DNA of 63,369 nt, counting the filler, from Octopus bimaculoides (taxonomy: Eukaryota), in NCBI RefSeq assembly GCF_001194135.2. It is 4 parts of 4 records of this genome, joined end to end, with 100 filler letters (N's around TTAATTAATTAA, not from the genome) between each part and the next. Parts side by side here need not be neighbours in the genome. Positions count along the whole stretch, not along the records: positions 54,434 to 63,369 come from NC_069001.1; 3 more parts are not named here. One strand, 5' to 3'. Both the position numbers and the translations under genes were made by a program. The notes below the pieces were generated by a model. That model saw only the letters and a program-made list of their open reading frames with translations, did no database searches and was not told the origin of the DNA. This document shows positions 63,025 through 63,369 of this stretch, piece by piece. How positions within the stretch are numbered: position 1 is the stretch's first letter; every line of letters starts with the position of its first letter.

Positions 63025-63369
63025 CATTGCGGGACAACCTGTTGAAAGCCACCGACCAGATCTGTGGGTGGTGTAAGGTCCCCTCTCGACCCAGAGTAAC
63101 GTGGTGGTGGAACAAAGAGGTAAACAGGGCTATTAGACAAAAGAAACAGGCTTGGAAGGACTGGAAGAACGGTGGTAGCAGGGAATTGTACCAATGTGCC
63201 AGAAGGGAGGCTAGGCGACAGGTTTATTTAGCCAGAGGGGAAGCAGATAAGAAAAGATTTGCCAATGTTCTGCGCCGTGAGGACCAAAGACTCGAGGTAT
63301 TTCGTGTTGCAAGACAGTGTAGGAGAGAGAATAGTGATGTCGTAGGAGAGAAATGTGTTCGCATGGATG
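63025..63369 (+). mobile_element. RTE LINE, 5'-truncated, open reading frame running off the window
   Basis: LRDNLLKATDQICGWCKVPSRPRVTWWWNKEV...EVFRVARQC...GEKCVRMD has no stop. Same family as 8757-9474. Confidence 0.9.

Overview
Eukaryotic, AT-rich, gap-ridden draft scaffold. The SINE families, microsatellite load and LINE content are most consistent with an octopus genome (inference). No prokaryotic features, rRNA or CRISPR; most long ORFs in the supplied track are microsatellite or N-gap artefacts. One host gene is recognisable by splicing, although absent from the ORF track: a MICOS subunit MIC19/CHCHD3-like gene on the minus strand (exon 1 CDS 15012-14941, exon 2 7926-7875), continuing left of the window or into gaps. 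The rest is mostly transposon debris: three tRNA-derived SINE families, RTE, R4/Dong and CR1/Jockey-like LINE relics, a Gypsy element with PPT and 3' LTR, two Tc1/mariner deletion derivatives, a hAT (DUF4371-like) transposase fragment and Penelope-like element (PLE) pieces. The most notable signal is a set of type-I hammerhead-ribozyme-like motifs in four unrelated repeat families. Two of these families are large palindromes with one motif per arm, and two are stacked just downstream of a PLE GIY-YIG relic carrying a ~94-codon low-complexity insertion. An inverted pair of RTE fragments also brackets MIC19 exon 2. Boundaries of degraded repeats are approximate.
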